This document shows, in pieces, positions 1-12,047 of a stretch of 64,000 bases of DNA (positions are counted from its first letter, which is position 1; each line of letters begins with the position of its first letter). The translations under genes were made by a program, and so were the position numbers. The DNA is from Trypanosoma brucei (taxonomy: Eukaryota), in assembly GCA_000002445.1 (NCBI GenBank), contig CP000071.1:2240001-2304000 (forward strand). Direction: 5' to 3'. The notes under the pieces were generated by a model, which saw nothing but the letters and a program-made list of their open reading frames with translations, did not search any database and had not been told where the DNA came from.

Positions 1-999
1 AGTCATACAATCCATCGTTGCAATGAAGGGGTAGCGGCTTCATACCGGTCACTGTGGAATGGAATGCATCAATATTACATTCCCATATAAAGTGTTGTGT
101 AGTTGGAACATCGCAGTTCTGTCCACCATTAAGTAGTTTACTCACCATATCGCTCGTGGATCTACTTTAAATCGATCTGGCGCTCAGATGGTAGAGATAT
201 GTCCCACCGAGACAAATAGATTTACATAGTCCAGAACTGTCTCTACGACTCAGGAATGGTTATCCTGCTGCATGATTGCATTTACCGCTTCCACAATGAA
301 GTTGGTGGTGCCCTCAATGGTCAGTAACCCGACTGTCATCGCTGCTGCTGCTCTCCCACGCAGTTTTTAAGTTTCCTGACCGTCACTATCTCGATGAGTT
401 CGTACACGGTACCGATTACCATCTGCAGCCCGGGTGATCCAACTTTTTAGTTGATTCATTCAGCTCAAAGAACAGTGATGTGGTGACCTCCTTTCTCCAC
501 CGTTCAGTAGTTTCGCCGAGTCTTGGCGGCGGTATTTTCTTTTGTTTTTTTTTAAGTGCCGAAGTAAACATGACCTTTAGTTTCCCGCATTTAACTCTTT
601 CCCCTGCTGCCATTTGTTAGACCGATAGTTCTTTTGTTTCTTTTTCGGTTCGACACACGCAAGCAGTTCAGACAATTCTAGGTATAGGGAAAATTCATCC
701 TTGGGGTCACCGAATTTCCTACGGAACACTTCACATACATATCCTCAAATCGCTGAGCCTCCATTTTTTCCTTTTTCCCAAGTGTGTGACACATCCTCCA
801 TTATTAGGACAGGGTCGATGTCGGTCGCAGTGCCAATACCGATTTCGGCGAGACTCAAGCTTTTCGTCTATCAGCAGCTTGGAAGTGCTTCTTCCCCCAT
901 TACCTTGCGGCCGTTTCGCTTAGTACACACTTTCTTGGGTGAATGAATACTGACCTTCCCCTATGGTTCCACGCTAAGTCATTTTACCCCCAAGTACCA

Positions 1000-1980
1000 C
1001 CAATACCATGACCCAATGTGGCGGCACCGAACCTCGTCTATTAGTGATTGCTGTTTCTGGCAGGCGCACCGCAGATGCAGTAGATCCACTGGGCTCGTTA
1101 TCTCCCCTTTACATTCCATTCAGCCGGCTTACAGGGCTTATCAGCACACTGTTTTCGGAAATGTGGCCAGTTCGTTCTCCCCACACGGAAACAAAGTACT
1201 ACGGCACTTGAAGTGCTCGATCCTTCCTATGTTGCTTCCCACTGCTCCACAGAAGGTAACCTCAGCCACGCCTCCTGTTAAAGCCTTTAATCGCATTCTA
1301 AGATGTCGCCCCGTGGTTTACAGAGCAGACGACACTGGGGGACGGCATTTCTATCTTAATCGCCCCGCCAAGCACGCCTCCTTTCCGGTCCTGGTGTTGT
1401 CGCACGCGGTTACCCCTCGCCGCTACATACCAAACAGTCTTGTTGTTTCGATGCTACGGAGGAACTGTCGCTTAATTTACTGCTGGTCGGAACGCCGGAC
1501 CCCTGCGCGACGGAGAAACGGCGGACGCAGCTGGGGTCGGCAATGATAGCAGCACGTTTGCGTGGCATACCTGGCGGGTGCTCCTGGTAGCCGAGGTAGC
1601 AGTTTTCTCTTACCGGAGGCTTGCTGTAAGCAACTGGCCGTTGCGTGTGTTCCTGTGTGTGGAGCGACCTCGTGTTGACGTATAACGAAGCTTCGGGTGG
1701 GGGAGTACGGCAGCCGGGGTTCGCTGGCTCCACGCATCCGAGGGAGTGTGTACGAACACCGCCATTTGGACATCACCAGATGCGCCAGCCTGTAGCCGGT
1801 ACCGGCCGGGTGGGGATGCGCCTGCCCTGCGTGCACTCGCTCGGGTACCGTATCTGTACGTATGTAAGCCGCGTGGGCGCCTTTGATCACCGGGTGGTTT
1901 CCAGCCGGCCGTCGGACTCCGTTGCTGCCTGCGTGCGAGCCGCTCGGTGAGGGTGATATAGCCACCGAGGACGGGAGCTG
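1000..1980. other. GC-rich block with overlapping medium ORFs on both strands and no intact long ORF. Possibly a decayed coding sequence or retroelement remnant, but I cannot identify it.
   Basis: Base composition shifts visibly to GC-rich relative to its flanks. ORFs of 100-200 aa overlap on both strands (1016-1546 +, 1477-1965 -, 1610-2230 -), which is typical of GC-rich non-coding or degenerate sequence. Confidence 0.25.
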
Positions 1981-2467
1981 TCGTCTTTGTTTTTTTCTGC
2001 AGGTCTGGCTTGTTTGATTCGATAATCATGCAGATCAGGTGGTTGGTTACTCGGTCACGTTCTCTCCGCTCCTTTTGGTGATGTAACAGGAGAAGCGGTT
2101 TGTAGCACCCACTGAGGGGGTGCGTCCGCTTGGCCGATCTACGGGCGGGTCGCATCTCCCATGTTTTAAAAGCGGGGCTGCAACCAGTGTTGATTGTTTG
2201 AGGCGTCGCAGAAGCATACGGAACACGCAAGCCAGCGTTTCAACTGATTTGCTCTGTTTGAACGCGTAGTAAAGCAAAGTTCATTTGTTAGGTAACAACA
2301 AAAGCTCACCAGTGCTGTGGTGCTACTGCAGACTGCGCAGAAGACACCACACCAAAATAACATCAGTTTAGATACAGTATCTCTCGAGTGTATGAACTAC
2401 CGTAGCAACGGTGCTGACTGCGTTTTAGTGGACGGGGTTGGGGTTGTGCACGTCTTAGTGAGGCTTA

Positions 2468-2498
2468 GTGTGTGTGTGTGTGTGTGTAGGGGGGGGGG
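2468..2498. repeat. (GT)10 dinucleotide repeat immediately followed by a G10 homopolymer
   Basis: The run gtgtgtgtgtgtgtgtgtgtagggggggggg is read directly from the sequence. Confidence 0.9.
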
Positions 2499-2593
2499 AA
2501 GGGGGACGTCTGCCAGGTACGGATTTTATTTGTTGCCACAGTTATGATTTTTTTTGTTTTTTGGCGTGACACGCTAGTGCACTGTATCGCAAA

Positions 2594-2594
<1 letters not shown>

Positions 2595-2624
<30 letters not shown>
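2595..2624. repeat. (AAC)10 trinucleotide microsatellite
   Basis: The run aacaacaacaacaacaacaacaacaacaac is read directly from the sequence. Confidence 0.9.
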
Positions 2625-5600
2625 GTTTATTAGTGCCCTACAAGCCCTCTGAGGATCTTGCTTACTCTACTATGAAGTGCTTAATTGCTTCACGCTACTA
2701 GCGACAGTTGATAGAATGACTGGTCGCAAAAACCGTGATATTACAAGGGAGGATGAATCACTTCCGGAGTATTGGTGTCTTGTTCTCAGTAAATGCACAA
2801 GTTTCTATTTCTTTTACCGAGCAAACGCATTTAAAAATCAAATATATACCCAGACACAAGCAGCCAGGGAGAATTGGGTTTACCACTGGCTATACGACTT
2901 TTATCGTTTTCTTCGAGAGGTTTTAACGGAAAATCCCCATTTGCTGAACTTAGGTCAGTGTCACAACAAATTCTGAGGTTTTTGTGGGGCGTCTTTGTTT
3001 TTTCTTTTATCTTAGAGCCTTGGGGTCCCAAGCGTTTGTTCTGTATAATTTCATTAGTGTCGTAGAAAACTTAACGCTTCCGTGCCGATGTTCTCTTTTG
3101 AAGGAATCATTCACGCTACAGACCCCTCTAAAGACTGGTTTCACCAGCGTGGGGGAGGGACTAAACCGCAAAAAAAAAAAAAGAGTGACCGGACCCCTGC
3201 ACCTTGTCAAAGGACTAGTGTCCTGGCTTTGTAGCCAATAATATTCACCACCTTTGAGCGCTGATGCTTCTGTTTTCTTTTTTTTTTTTTTGGCTCTGAC
3301 TTAGGTGGTCCCAAGAAGGTATGGTTTAGAGAAGTATATCATTAGACTGTGCCGAGTATTGAGAAATGGATGCTCTTGAAAGTGCAACTATACCATAATC
3401 GATTGTGATTACTGCTTTTTTTTTTTTTAAAATGTCATGTTAGCACACATTTCGGCTGCTTAATTACCGACTATCAAATGACTGCTTTGTGTAACCCGTT
3501 CCAACTAAGAGGGACTTCACTGGGAACGGTTGTGGGCTTCAGTAAAATGTACGGGCTGCTTACCACTGAAGGCTGTCTCGGACGGGCAGCCCTTCTAAAC
3601 ATTTGGTCCCCATAAACTCCATATCGAATAATGATTACATTATTAAATCATCACGCTGGCGTCAAACTCCTTCGAACGTGAACACGAGAAGCTGGGGGAT
3701 ATAGTCACATTTGGAGCGGTTGTCCATGAGCAGGGTTCTTAGGCATATATGCTTTGAAGCATTTGTTCTTGTTGTTGTTTGCATCCGAGGAATTCTTGCT
3801 AACTGACAGTTTTCTGCAGGTAAAACAAAAATACGATGTTGATGGTCAACGATTCCGCCATAGTTAGTCATCACTGACTCCATATATTACGTTCACGTAA
3901 GGCAACCGGTCCTGTTTTTTCCTAGAAATTGTGTGGTAACTGGGCCCTATATTTGCCAATCATCCATACCACTGTGGGATTTACTGCGACATAGTTGGGG
4001 TAGGGGAAGGGTGTTAACGACAGACCATGTGAGTGCCTGCAAGTTTTTAGTCGATTCGCCATGGTGACGATTTCCATTGATGATCAGATGTTATTTGGGG
4101 TGTCGCCGTAAAATTTTGTATCAATCCATTAAAGTTTTTCGCCACAGTATTTTTTTCGGCAATAAGGCGAAATGTTGTGGTGCTGCTGCGACATCACAGG
4201 CGGGAAGGGAAAAATAAAAATCATTATGTACGGTTCAGTGGTCTACGATAGAGGTTTCGACTACAGATTGGCCGCTTTTTTTTTTCTAGTTTCTATTACC
4301 TCTTGCGTTTTTACGTTCAGCCAGTGGAGGTGGTTAGGCTCGTCCTTTAGATGCCTCGGGTTACAGCGGCCGTGATTCAAGCATCTACGTGAGCACTGAT
4401 AGTGCTGCGTACTGATGTCACCGTGCGTGAAATATTAGTTTCATTTATATTAACATCAGTGCATTGTGTATGATGAACTTTTGTTGTAACTGGCCCTCTA
4501 AGTTTACCCTCACTTTAATCCCACAACTCCTCATATATGTGCTTGTGCCTCTGATTCCCTTTTTTCTTTCTTTATGTGAATAGAACACGAAGGCAAAAAG
4601 GGAAGGTTCTGAGCACCTACACGCACATAGAAAACCGTGAGGGTGGAAACTTGAAACTTCCGGGGAAACGAATCTTCCTTCTCTGTTTCACCTTCCATTT
4701 GCCCCGTCTCGCTTTTCCTTCGTGTTTTACTGTTTTTAGGATCCCCTGGAATCCGTGTTTCATAGTTCCAGTTATTTAACTGACTTGCGTCACCTGGGAG
4801 GCGGAGCGAGGAAAAAAAAAAGTTAAAAATACGGACAAAAAAGTGAGTAAAAGAGATAAAAAGCGAAAAAGACTCACGCTGCCACTATTTTTGGGTGAAA
4901 GTCTGGTACGTGTGCTGACAGGTGAATTGCTGCCATAATCATTCAAAGTATTGTATATTTGCGTTTGGTTTGAACGCTCATTAACTGGCGAGGCGAAGGT
5001 GGAGAGTGGCGACAGTCGAACCAACAACATCGCTACATACTTGACTTGCCAAGTTCCTCCCTCCCTTATTCGGGTGTATCACTTCTTTTGCTTTTTCTTT
5101 TGGCTCATTTCTGGACGTCGGTAGAGGGAGGACCACATTCACGTGTTGGCTGCTCCGCTGATTATCATTAAAGTGGAGGCAGTGTGAGAAGAGAAGAAGG
5201 GGAAGGAGGAGCCCATTAGAAAGCAAATCGAGGGAAAGACGTGTAGAGATAGGAAGGGACAAGGGGGAAAAAAAACAACAACTAAAACGGCGGAAAAAAA
5301 GGAAGGGAAGTAGAAAATAAATAAATCGTTAAAAGTAGATATATTACACATAACAGGTTAGGGGTGGACGGAAGGCGGCAAAAGGAGTGACGAAGGGATA
5401 ATCACAACCAGACGGAAGTAGCAAGGAAAGAAGGAATCAAAGGAAGGGGACAAAAAATCGAGGTGGATTGTCTGAGGGAGAACAGAGGGGGTGCGTGGAT
5501 TTAGCACCATTATAACATTATATCTTATAGGAGTTCACCATTTCTTTTTTAAAACAACAGCAGTACAAATTAGTGTCGAGAAGAGAAAAAGCCAAAAGGG

Positions 5601-6360
5601 GAGCCTTTTGTTCCGGATTACATAAGTTGTTTTTGAAAATAACTGATCAGTAAAGCAACCAAAACAGGAGGCAACTGAACATTAAAAAAAAAGAATAGTG
5701 GCGTGTTTTATATATTGTTTGTGTATTTGTTGTGTTCAAGTTCCCTATTGTATATCTAGTTACTCATTTCCGTGCTCCTTAGCGTTAGCCCTCCATTTTT
5801 TTTACTCCCTTAAGTCTCGAGCACAAGGAGAGAAGGAGAGAAGGAGGGAAGGAGAGGAAAAATTGCGGAGAGGAGCGTGGGGTGGGGACAATTAAACGGA
5901 GAGGAAAGATTTGCTTTTTTAAATTTCATTTATATTTATACATATTTTGACGTCATTTTGTTGGGAAGCGAGTAGTAAATTCTTTCCACCAGTGAGAAAG
6001 CAAAAGAAGTTGCAAGGGGGTTGACTCGTCCGTTTGTTTTGCCTTACTGTTTTGCTGGTTGAGTTGATTCGGCTCGACTTGAAGTGTGGGGCTCCTGAAC
6101 CAACCAAAAGATTAACCGAAGGTTCTGAGTGTAGGAGGTGCAGTGAAAAAGTAGCGGTAACTTCAAAAACAAAGGCATATAAGGGGGAAGGGAATCACCG
6201 TGACATTTATACTAAATCTTGCATATACCAATTTACAAATATATAGCGTTGTGAAGCAACTGGGGCATTGCCAAAAGGGTGTGAAATAGCCAGGGATACA
6301 GCAGGGAGAAAGACGCGGTGCACGCACGGTGCGAAGGAGGGAAGTAAGAGGGAGGAGGAG

Positions 6361-6442
6361 ATTCTACTTCCCTTTTTGGTTTTGCTTTATTCTTATTATC
6401 ATTATTATTGGAACACAACTTGCATTAAATTTTTGTTATTGA
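6361..6442 (+). promoter_or_regulatory. Polypyrimidine tract with a downstream AG, a candidate trans-splice acceptor region for the CDS at 6545
   Basis: T/C-rich run (cctttttggttttgctttattcttattatcattattatt) followed by AG dinucleotides about 100 nt upstream of the ATG. Kinetoplastid mRNA processing uses a polypyrimidine tract plus AG. Confidence 0.45.
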
Positions 6443-6471
6443 GGTCTTCATCGTTTGAATTGCTTCGTTAA

Positions 6472-6498
6472 ACACACACACACACCCACACACACAAC
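6472..6498. repeat. (CA)n repeat about 50 nt upstream of the first CDS
   Basis: The run acacacacacacacccacacacacaac is read directly from the sequence. Confidence 0.85.
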
Positions 6499-6544
6499 GC
6501 CCTCAACAACGACACCGACTTAAACACGCTCACAAAATACGCAG

Positions 6545-9500
6545 ATGGGGGCTGTGCCCAGCCGTGAGTCCTTGGGGCGCGGACTGTGCCAAATACCAGA
6601 TTATGGGCAGAAGCACAAAATGGTGCTCATTCCCTTAACGAGAGAGTTCTTCCCGTCACCCGACTGTTTGCTCTTACGGCAGCTCTTTGAGGCGCGGAGG
6701 GATCCGTTTGTCCATTACTATCACACATTCGATGAGGGGTTTGCTAAGGCGCAAGCGCCAGATCCTGCTGTGGACGCTGACGCCGCAAAACTTTATGATC
6801 TCCAGGGTCTTGTTGCTCCATCAACCAGCGCCTCCGCTACCGCCCATCTCGTTGAGGGCAAGGCATGGCGTGCTGATGACTTTGTGCCTTTTAGCTGTAC
6901 ACTGGAAGAGTTCTACGACTCGTATGTGTGCCGTATGGGCGAGCGCCGCATATACGATACAGATGAACAGATGCTCAGGTTGTGCACGCGGGACCCGAAC
7001 GCGATCCGCCCTGTGCCGTGCGCGGTAGCGTTTGCTTATAACTCTGCCCCCACGCCCTCCGTACTCGGTAATAAAGAGGCGCTTGGTGGGGAGGTCATGT
7101 TGCGTGAGGATGGTAGTAATAGTGAACTGGGTAACAGCGGTGGGGAAAGTAGAGCTGAGGTAGGGGATGCAAAGGGCAGTACGCTAGAGGAAAGCAGCAT
7201 GCTTTTTGGATTGTACGTGCGTATCGTTGGTTTCGTTGGTGGTGTGAGTGACATCTGCCCGCATGGTTGTAACGATGTGTTGCTGGAGGATACGTTTCAA
7301 CTACAAGTGTTTCTTAACAAGTCGGTTGGAGACCACAACTTTGTACACGCCTTCATAACGGCCGTTTATACCTATGTAAGGCAATGGCGTGAGGCAGCGG
7401 TGATGCACATAGGGAGTATTGAGGACCAAAGGCAACCGACGGGACGTGGCTCGGTTGAGGTAGGGGAAGGGGGACATTCTAAGGTTTCCTCCACTATGAG
7501 TGGCGAGAAGCCGTTGATGACACCTCCTGCTGCGTCTGTTGTTATTGCATGCAAGCGGACCAACGTTCCAATGCTATGTTTCCAGCGGGGGTTGCGAGCG
7601 ATGCTATCACGACTCCTAGGCATTGTGGAGTCCGAGGGGATAAGTAACCCCGGAGGGCCGTGTTGTTGTCGGTGCCGCAGAAAAAATGATTGTATTCTTC
7701 AGACGCATAAATTAGCAGCTGGGGTTCCGTTGGGTACGCCACAAGACGGCGATACCAAAGTTGTCAGCGAATGTTCTTCTGCTCCTTCTTTGGAAAAAAC
7801 TACCATGTTGGAGAATGTCTTTGACATGTGGTTGAATGGCGACGTAGTGTTTGCATGTATTCCAAAGCAAATTGTAGCACGTGCTTTGGAATGTGTTGGG
7901 ATGCGCATGGGTTGCCCAGAGTGCATAATGGACATTGTGCGACCAAAACGTACTGAAACGCGGGCGGGCTGTAACACGGAAGTGAGGACGGCGCAGTCTA
8001 ATCCCCATGTCGGAGTGGCCCGGGATGTGTGCTCGCTGCACTCAACTGCCGATGCTTTTTGCCCACAAGATGCCGTTAACGCATTGGCTACCACTGCCGC
8101 TAAGGGTTCCTCCTCAAAAGGCTATGGGGGCGGTCTCAAAGTGTGCGACTCTGAGGCCGCTGCCACTGAACTACCTGCACATCAAAAGCTGCATGACGTA
8201 TTGGGCGAGACTGTGGTTGTGGAGGAATGGCCAGTGGATGGGATCGATCTGGTCAGCTTTACGAACGCCAAGGGGGATACCATCGACCGCCCGGCGCACT
8301 TGTATTGGGTAGTTGGGCGTTCAGTGACTGCCCAAGAAACCGCAGCCTCTGCCTTTTTCTCATGGTGGGCTGGTGGGAGGCTAACGGTTATGGGAGGAGG
8401 ATGTGACGTGTCGAACGAAAGTGAGCACGAAAGAAGCAACAGTGGGAAGGGGAAAGTGGATGAACGCTTGTCGGTCGGAGAGTTGCTTTACCTCAATATG
8501 AACCCATGCCAGTCAAATGCGATGCGTCAGTGGGTTCTTCAGCGTACCACGCTCCCACTGGAGGAGCTTTTGCTATCTGAACTACATGACAGCTGCAAGC
8601 TGGCACGACAGGCGCCGGTTGATGCAGAGAACTGGCTGCGCCATACTGACATCAGCGGCCCACGAGAGCGTGACAGGTCTCTACTGCTACCGCTAGGTGC
8701 TGAGGATACCAATGGGGAAGACTTGTCAGAGTTTGCTGTTGGTGTAAGACAACTTGTTGGCGAAGGTTCGCTTTGTTTGTGGCGGGTGACACTCGTGACA
8801 GGTGCAGTGCGCGCTATAGCGGTCACACCGCACTTTCTTCGCCCGCCACGGAAAAAGCGGGCGCGCAGAAAGCCAACCCGGCGCCCGTATGCTCCGGAGC
8901 AGGCTAATGCAACATCGACGGCGGTGGATGGGGCTGCACCGGTCAACAGCTTTGGGCCCTCAGCGGAGACGCAGGCATCCAAGGGCAGAAGAGCAACGAG
9001 GTCAAAGATGGTAACAAGACGGTCGGTACCATTACCAACAGCTGTCGTATCGGAAGGTGTGCTAAGGAGCGACGAACGGTCCGCCATGTCGCCATCGTTG
9101 AGCCAAGGGCTCTGCAGGGAGGGCGGAGTCCCTCCGATGGCTCCTCCTAACACCACGCCTTCTGTGGGTTTTGGTCGTGTGCGGACTCGGCAGCAGCCTT
9201 GCTGCTACGGAAACCCTGCGCTGGCTTCCCATATGGAGGTGCCTGCATTTCCCCAAGGTCAACAATCCGGTTTTGTTGCTTTCAACCAGCCAGTTGTCGA
9301 TTCTAGTCATTCCCCCGTTTCTGATGCAAGCTATGCAAATAGGCGTACGTCGACTCCTTTTCTGAGCCGCCGAACTTCAAGGGAGGATCAACTTGGGTTT
9401 ATGCCTTACGACAGTTACAATGTTTCGCGCCGCATAAGCAGTGACGTAACAAGCCAACGCTTATCTACGGCTTCCTTCACCCATTTCCCTCGTTGGGACG

Positions 9501-9859
9501 GGTGTGGAACCATCTGGCCCTACACAGGTTCGGAGGAACGGCCGAGTGTTACACGGCATTCGTCAGCGGTGGGAGGTGGGTGCACTCCCTTTTTTCAGCC
9601 GGCAGATGGATGGTCAAATTCCATGCACTCACGTTCTGGCACCCGCGAGGACTTTCACCCTTCCTGTGCCCTCCACCGGACCGGCGGAGGTTTCAGCAGC
9701 AGCGGCGGCTGCAGCAGTGAAAGTGTTGCAGGTTGTGCCCGCACTCAATTCGACTTCATTTCTGCGTCTGGACTTGGAACTGATGAGGTGTACGCCGATG
9801 GGGCGGAGGTGAGAACCCCAACACTTAATGTAACGGTGCGGCGTGGCCTGCAACACTGA
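6545..9859 (+). CDS. Member 1 (1104 aa) of a tandem paralogue family. Conserved N-terminal domain with an MGAVPSRE N-myristoylation consensus; Ser/Thr/Gly-rich C-terminal half. Function unknown.
   Basis: 3.3 kb ATG-initiated ORF. The N-terminus (MGAVPSRESLGRGL...VLIPLTREFFPSPDC) is shared with the ORFs at 12048 and 21587. Blocks YDTDEQMLR, PVPCAVAF, IVGFVGG and YVRQW are conserved among the paralogues. Confidence 0.8.
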   Translation: MGAVPSRESLGRGLCQIPDYGQKHKMVLIPLTREFFPSPDCLLLRQLFEARRDPFVHYYHTFDEGFAKAQAPDPAVDADAAKLYDLQGLVAPSTSASATAHLVEGKAWRADDFVPFSCTLEEFYDSYVCRMGERRIYDTDEQMLRLCTRDPNAIRPVPCAVAFAYNSAPTPSVLGNKEALGGEVMLREDGSNSELGNSGGESRAEVGDAKGSTLEESSMLFGLYVRIVGFVGGVSDICPHGCNDVLLEDTFQLQVFLNKSVGDHNFVHAFITAVYTYVRQWREAAVMHIGSIEDQRQPTGRGSVEVGEGGHSKVSSTMSGEKPLMTPPAASVVIACKRTNVPMLCFQRGLRAMLSRLLGIVESEGISNPGGPCCCRCRRKNDCILQTHKLAAGVPLGTPQDGDTKVVSECSSAPSLEKTTMLENVFDMWLNGDVVFACIPKQIVARALECVGMRMGCPECIMDIVRPKRTETRAGCNTEVRTAQSNPHVGVARDVCSLHSTADAFCPQDAVNALATTAAKGSSSKGYGGGLKVCDSEAAATELPAHQKLHDVLGETVVVEEWPVDGIDLVSFTNAKGDTIDRPAHLYWVVGRSVTAQETAASAFFSWWAGGRLTVMGGGCDVSNESEHERSNSGKGKVDERLSVGELLYLNMNPCQSNAMRQWVLQRTTLPLEELLLSELHDSCKLARQAPVDAENWLRHTDISGPRERDRSLLLPLGAEDTNGEDLSEFAVGVRQLVGEGSLCLWRVTLVTGAVRAIAVTPHFLRPPRKKRARRKPTRRPYAPEQANATSTAVDGAAPVNSFGPSAETQASKGRRATRSKMVTRRSVPLPTAVVSEGVLRSDERSAMSPSLSQGLCREGGVPPMAPPNTTPSVGFGRVRTRQQPCCYGNPALASHMEVPAFPQGQQSGFVAFNQPVVDSSHSPVSDASYANRRTSTPFLSRRTSREDQLGFMPYDSYNVSRRISSDVTSQRLSTASFTHFPRWDGCGTIWPYTGSEERPSVTRHSSAVGGGCTPFFQPADGWSNSMHSRSGTREDFHPSCALHRTGGGFSSSGGCSSESVAGCARTQFDFISASGLGTDEVYADGAEVRTPTLNVTVRRGLQH

Positions 9860-11765
9860 CCTTTTGCAAAGCTTCATAGTGATGTATTGGTTTTAAAGAG
9901 CGCTCTACGTCTTTAAGTGGGCATCGTTGGGGAAGTGAGAATAGGTGCCGCTATTGCGGAATCTTTCACTAACTAGACCCAAGCACACTCTGGCTGATGA
10001 AGGTGCGCGCGTGGCGTCTGCTCCGTGAAAAATTCTGCCCTTTCTCTGTGCTGAGTGCTGCACGATCCCATATTTTGGGAAGAAACAAGTTGTGATAAAG
10101 GCAGTCTGTATCTCATGGTCTGTACGAGCCTAGGGAAAAAAAATGTAAATAGAATGTACTAAGCCAGTAAAGGTTAGGCAAGCGCACAGGCGCGGGTAAA
10201 GGGTCAGGAAAAGAGACTGAAATAAATGTGGGAAACTTATGAGGTTGAGCAAGTCGGCTTCGTCCTTTCCTTCCCCTTCTCATCGTTTCCTCTATTGTTG
10301 CCATTAAATGAAATGACCCCATTGGGAGTGGAAAAGACGTTTGTGAAGGGTCCTTAATTTATGTGATGTTTTGCTGCCAGACGTGTTGCGTCGTACTCAT
10401 TCGTTGAAGTGTATTGTGGCATACCATTCGTCGAAAGCAGTAGCAGCAACGCCAACAGCGTATCTCTTTTCTTCCGTTCTTATCTTTCGTTACTACAAGC
10501 GCGAGGGGTATCATTCTTCCTGCGCATCATTATCTCTGTTGGAGATCCTACGGTCCCGTGGCAAGCGTATGCGGATGCGTTTGCATCGTTGCACTTGTTA
10601 CCAGCGTATACCGATAAGTACTCTCACAGGAGTTCGTGTTTACGTACACGACATGCTTTTCTATTTTTTCCCCCTCTCCTGCTGCTTATTTTTCTTTGAA
10701 ATACATACACGCACACGCCGGTGTTTTAAAGTCGTTAACAGACGACATGCGATTTCTTCCCGGTATGACTCAATATCCTTTTTTTTCCTCCGCCCCACAC
10801 GTTCACCAATTTTGTTTTTCTGTTTCGTTTTGTTTTGTGTGGATGTGTTGTCCACTGTCTCCCCTCGACATTACTTTCCCCTTGGCACCTGCTTGCGTAC
10901 GTTACTCGTGCTTTTGCGGTATCAATCCCCTTACCTCATCTCCACCCGCTCTACCATTTCGATTTCCCTTTTATATCTTCTTTAGTTTCATGGCGTCCCC
11001 TGGTTGAATGGCGTTCGTGCTTCTCTTTTCATTTCGTTGCTGCTTCAACAGAACCTTCGGTGAGTGGAGACTCGAACAGTGACAGCAAGGGGGGTGTATG
11101 AATGCGTCGTCGGCGTCAGAGGCAGGCGAAATAAGTAAACAAAGGACACGCGCGGTTGTACAGGTGGTTGAATATAACATGCATACTGCTTTCACCCTCG
11201 ATGTTGCTTCTTTTTGTGGCAATAATGTGGCAATGAACGAAAATTTTCTTGTGACATTTGTTGTTTTGGAATTTATTAACATTATTATTGCTATTGTTGT
11301 TGTTTTACGGGTGAATTTGATTGCCATACGGCCCTTTCTCTTGCTCTTGCTCTTTTTTTTGTACACTGAAAATCCCTTTAGCGTGCCCCGTGAAGCTAGA
11401 AAAGGACGAGAGTATTTTAAGGATCTACTGGAAAAAGGGAATAAGAAACAACAACAAAAACAACAAAAGAGGGGCAAATCCAACTGTTGAATACGAACAT
11501 AATTTTCAACGTCAAATAGCCCAATATTTCATTTTAGCTAGAGGGAAAAGATCAGAAGGGCGAGGTACGTCTTCCTTTAAATTTTCCTCTATTTGTTTAA
11601 GGACAAAAAATATAATAGTCGATTGCTTAACCCACGCGAGGAGGCCACTAAATCTACGGGAATATACGCAAACCTATACAGTCATTGGTCGTGACATCGC
11701 CGTGTGGCCACTACTTCCTTATCCTCCCAAAGTGGGTGATATCAGAACACTGATTGTCGCGTGGT

Positions 11766-11827
11766 AGGCCTGTTTTTTTCTTTTTCTTTTTTTTTTGTTG
11801 TTGCCCCTTTTTACACTACTTGTGAAT
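11766..11827 (+). promoter_or_regulatory. Polypyrimidine tract plus AG, a candidate splice-acceptor region for the CDS at 12048
   Basis: The run tgtttttttctttttcttttttttttgttgttgccccttttt, followed by gaatag, lies about 220 nt upstream of the ATG. Confidence 0.45.
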
Positions 11828-12047
11828 AGCCGGGGGAAGCGCCGCTGAAAGGGAAGACACATATACATATATACACAAGGTACACCCCCACAAAATTGTC
11901 CGCATCTGCGCTTACCGGTGTGTGTTAACGGTAAAAAAGGAGGAGGAAGGGAAACAGATTGGGGAATAAGCAACAGAGATAATTATATAAATAAATATAT
12001 AACTTTTCATTGGATTACATTAACATTATATATATAACATTTTTGCA

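Noticed and set aside
1-1000. Possible minus-strand coding remnant (RAAAAMTVGLLTIEGTTNFIVEAVNAIMQQDNHS in one reverse frame)
   Set aside because: - All three reverse frames are interrupted by multiple stops within a few hundred nt.
- I cannot recognise the family.
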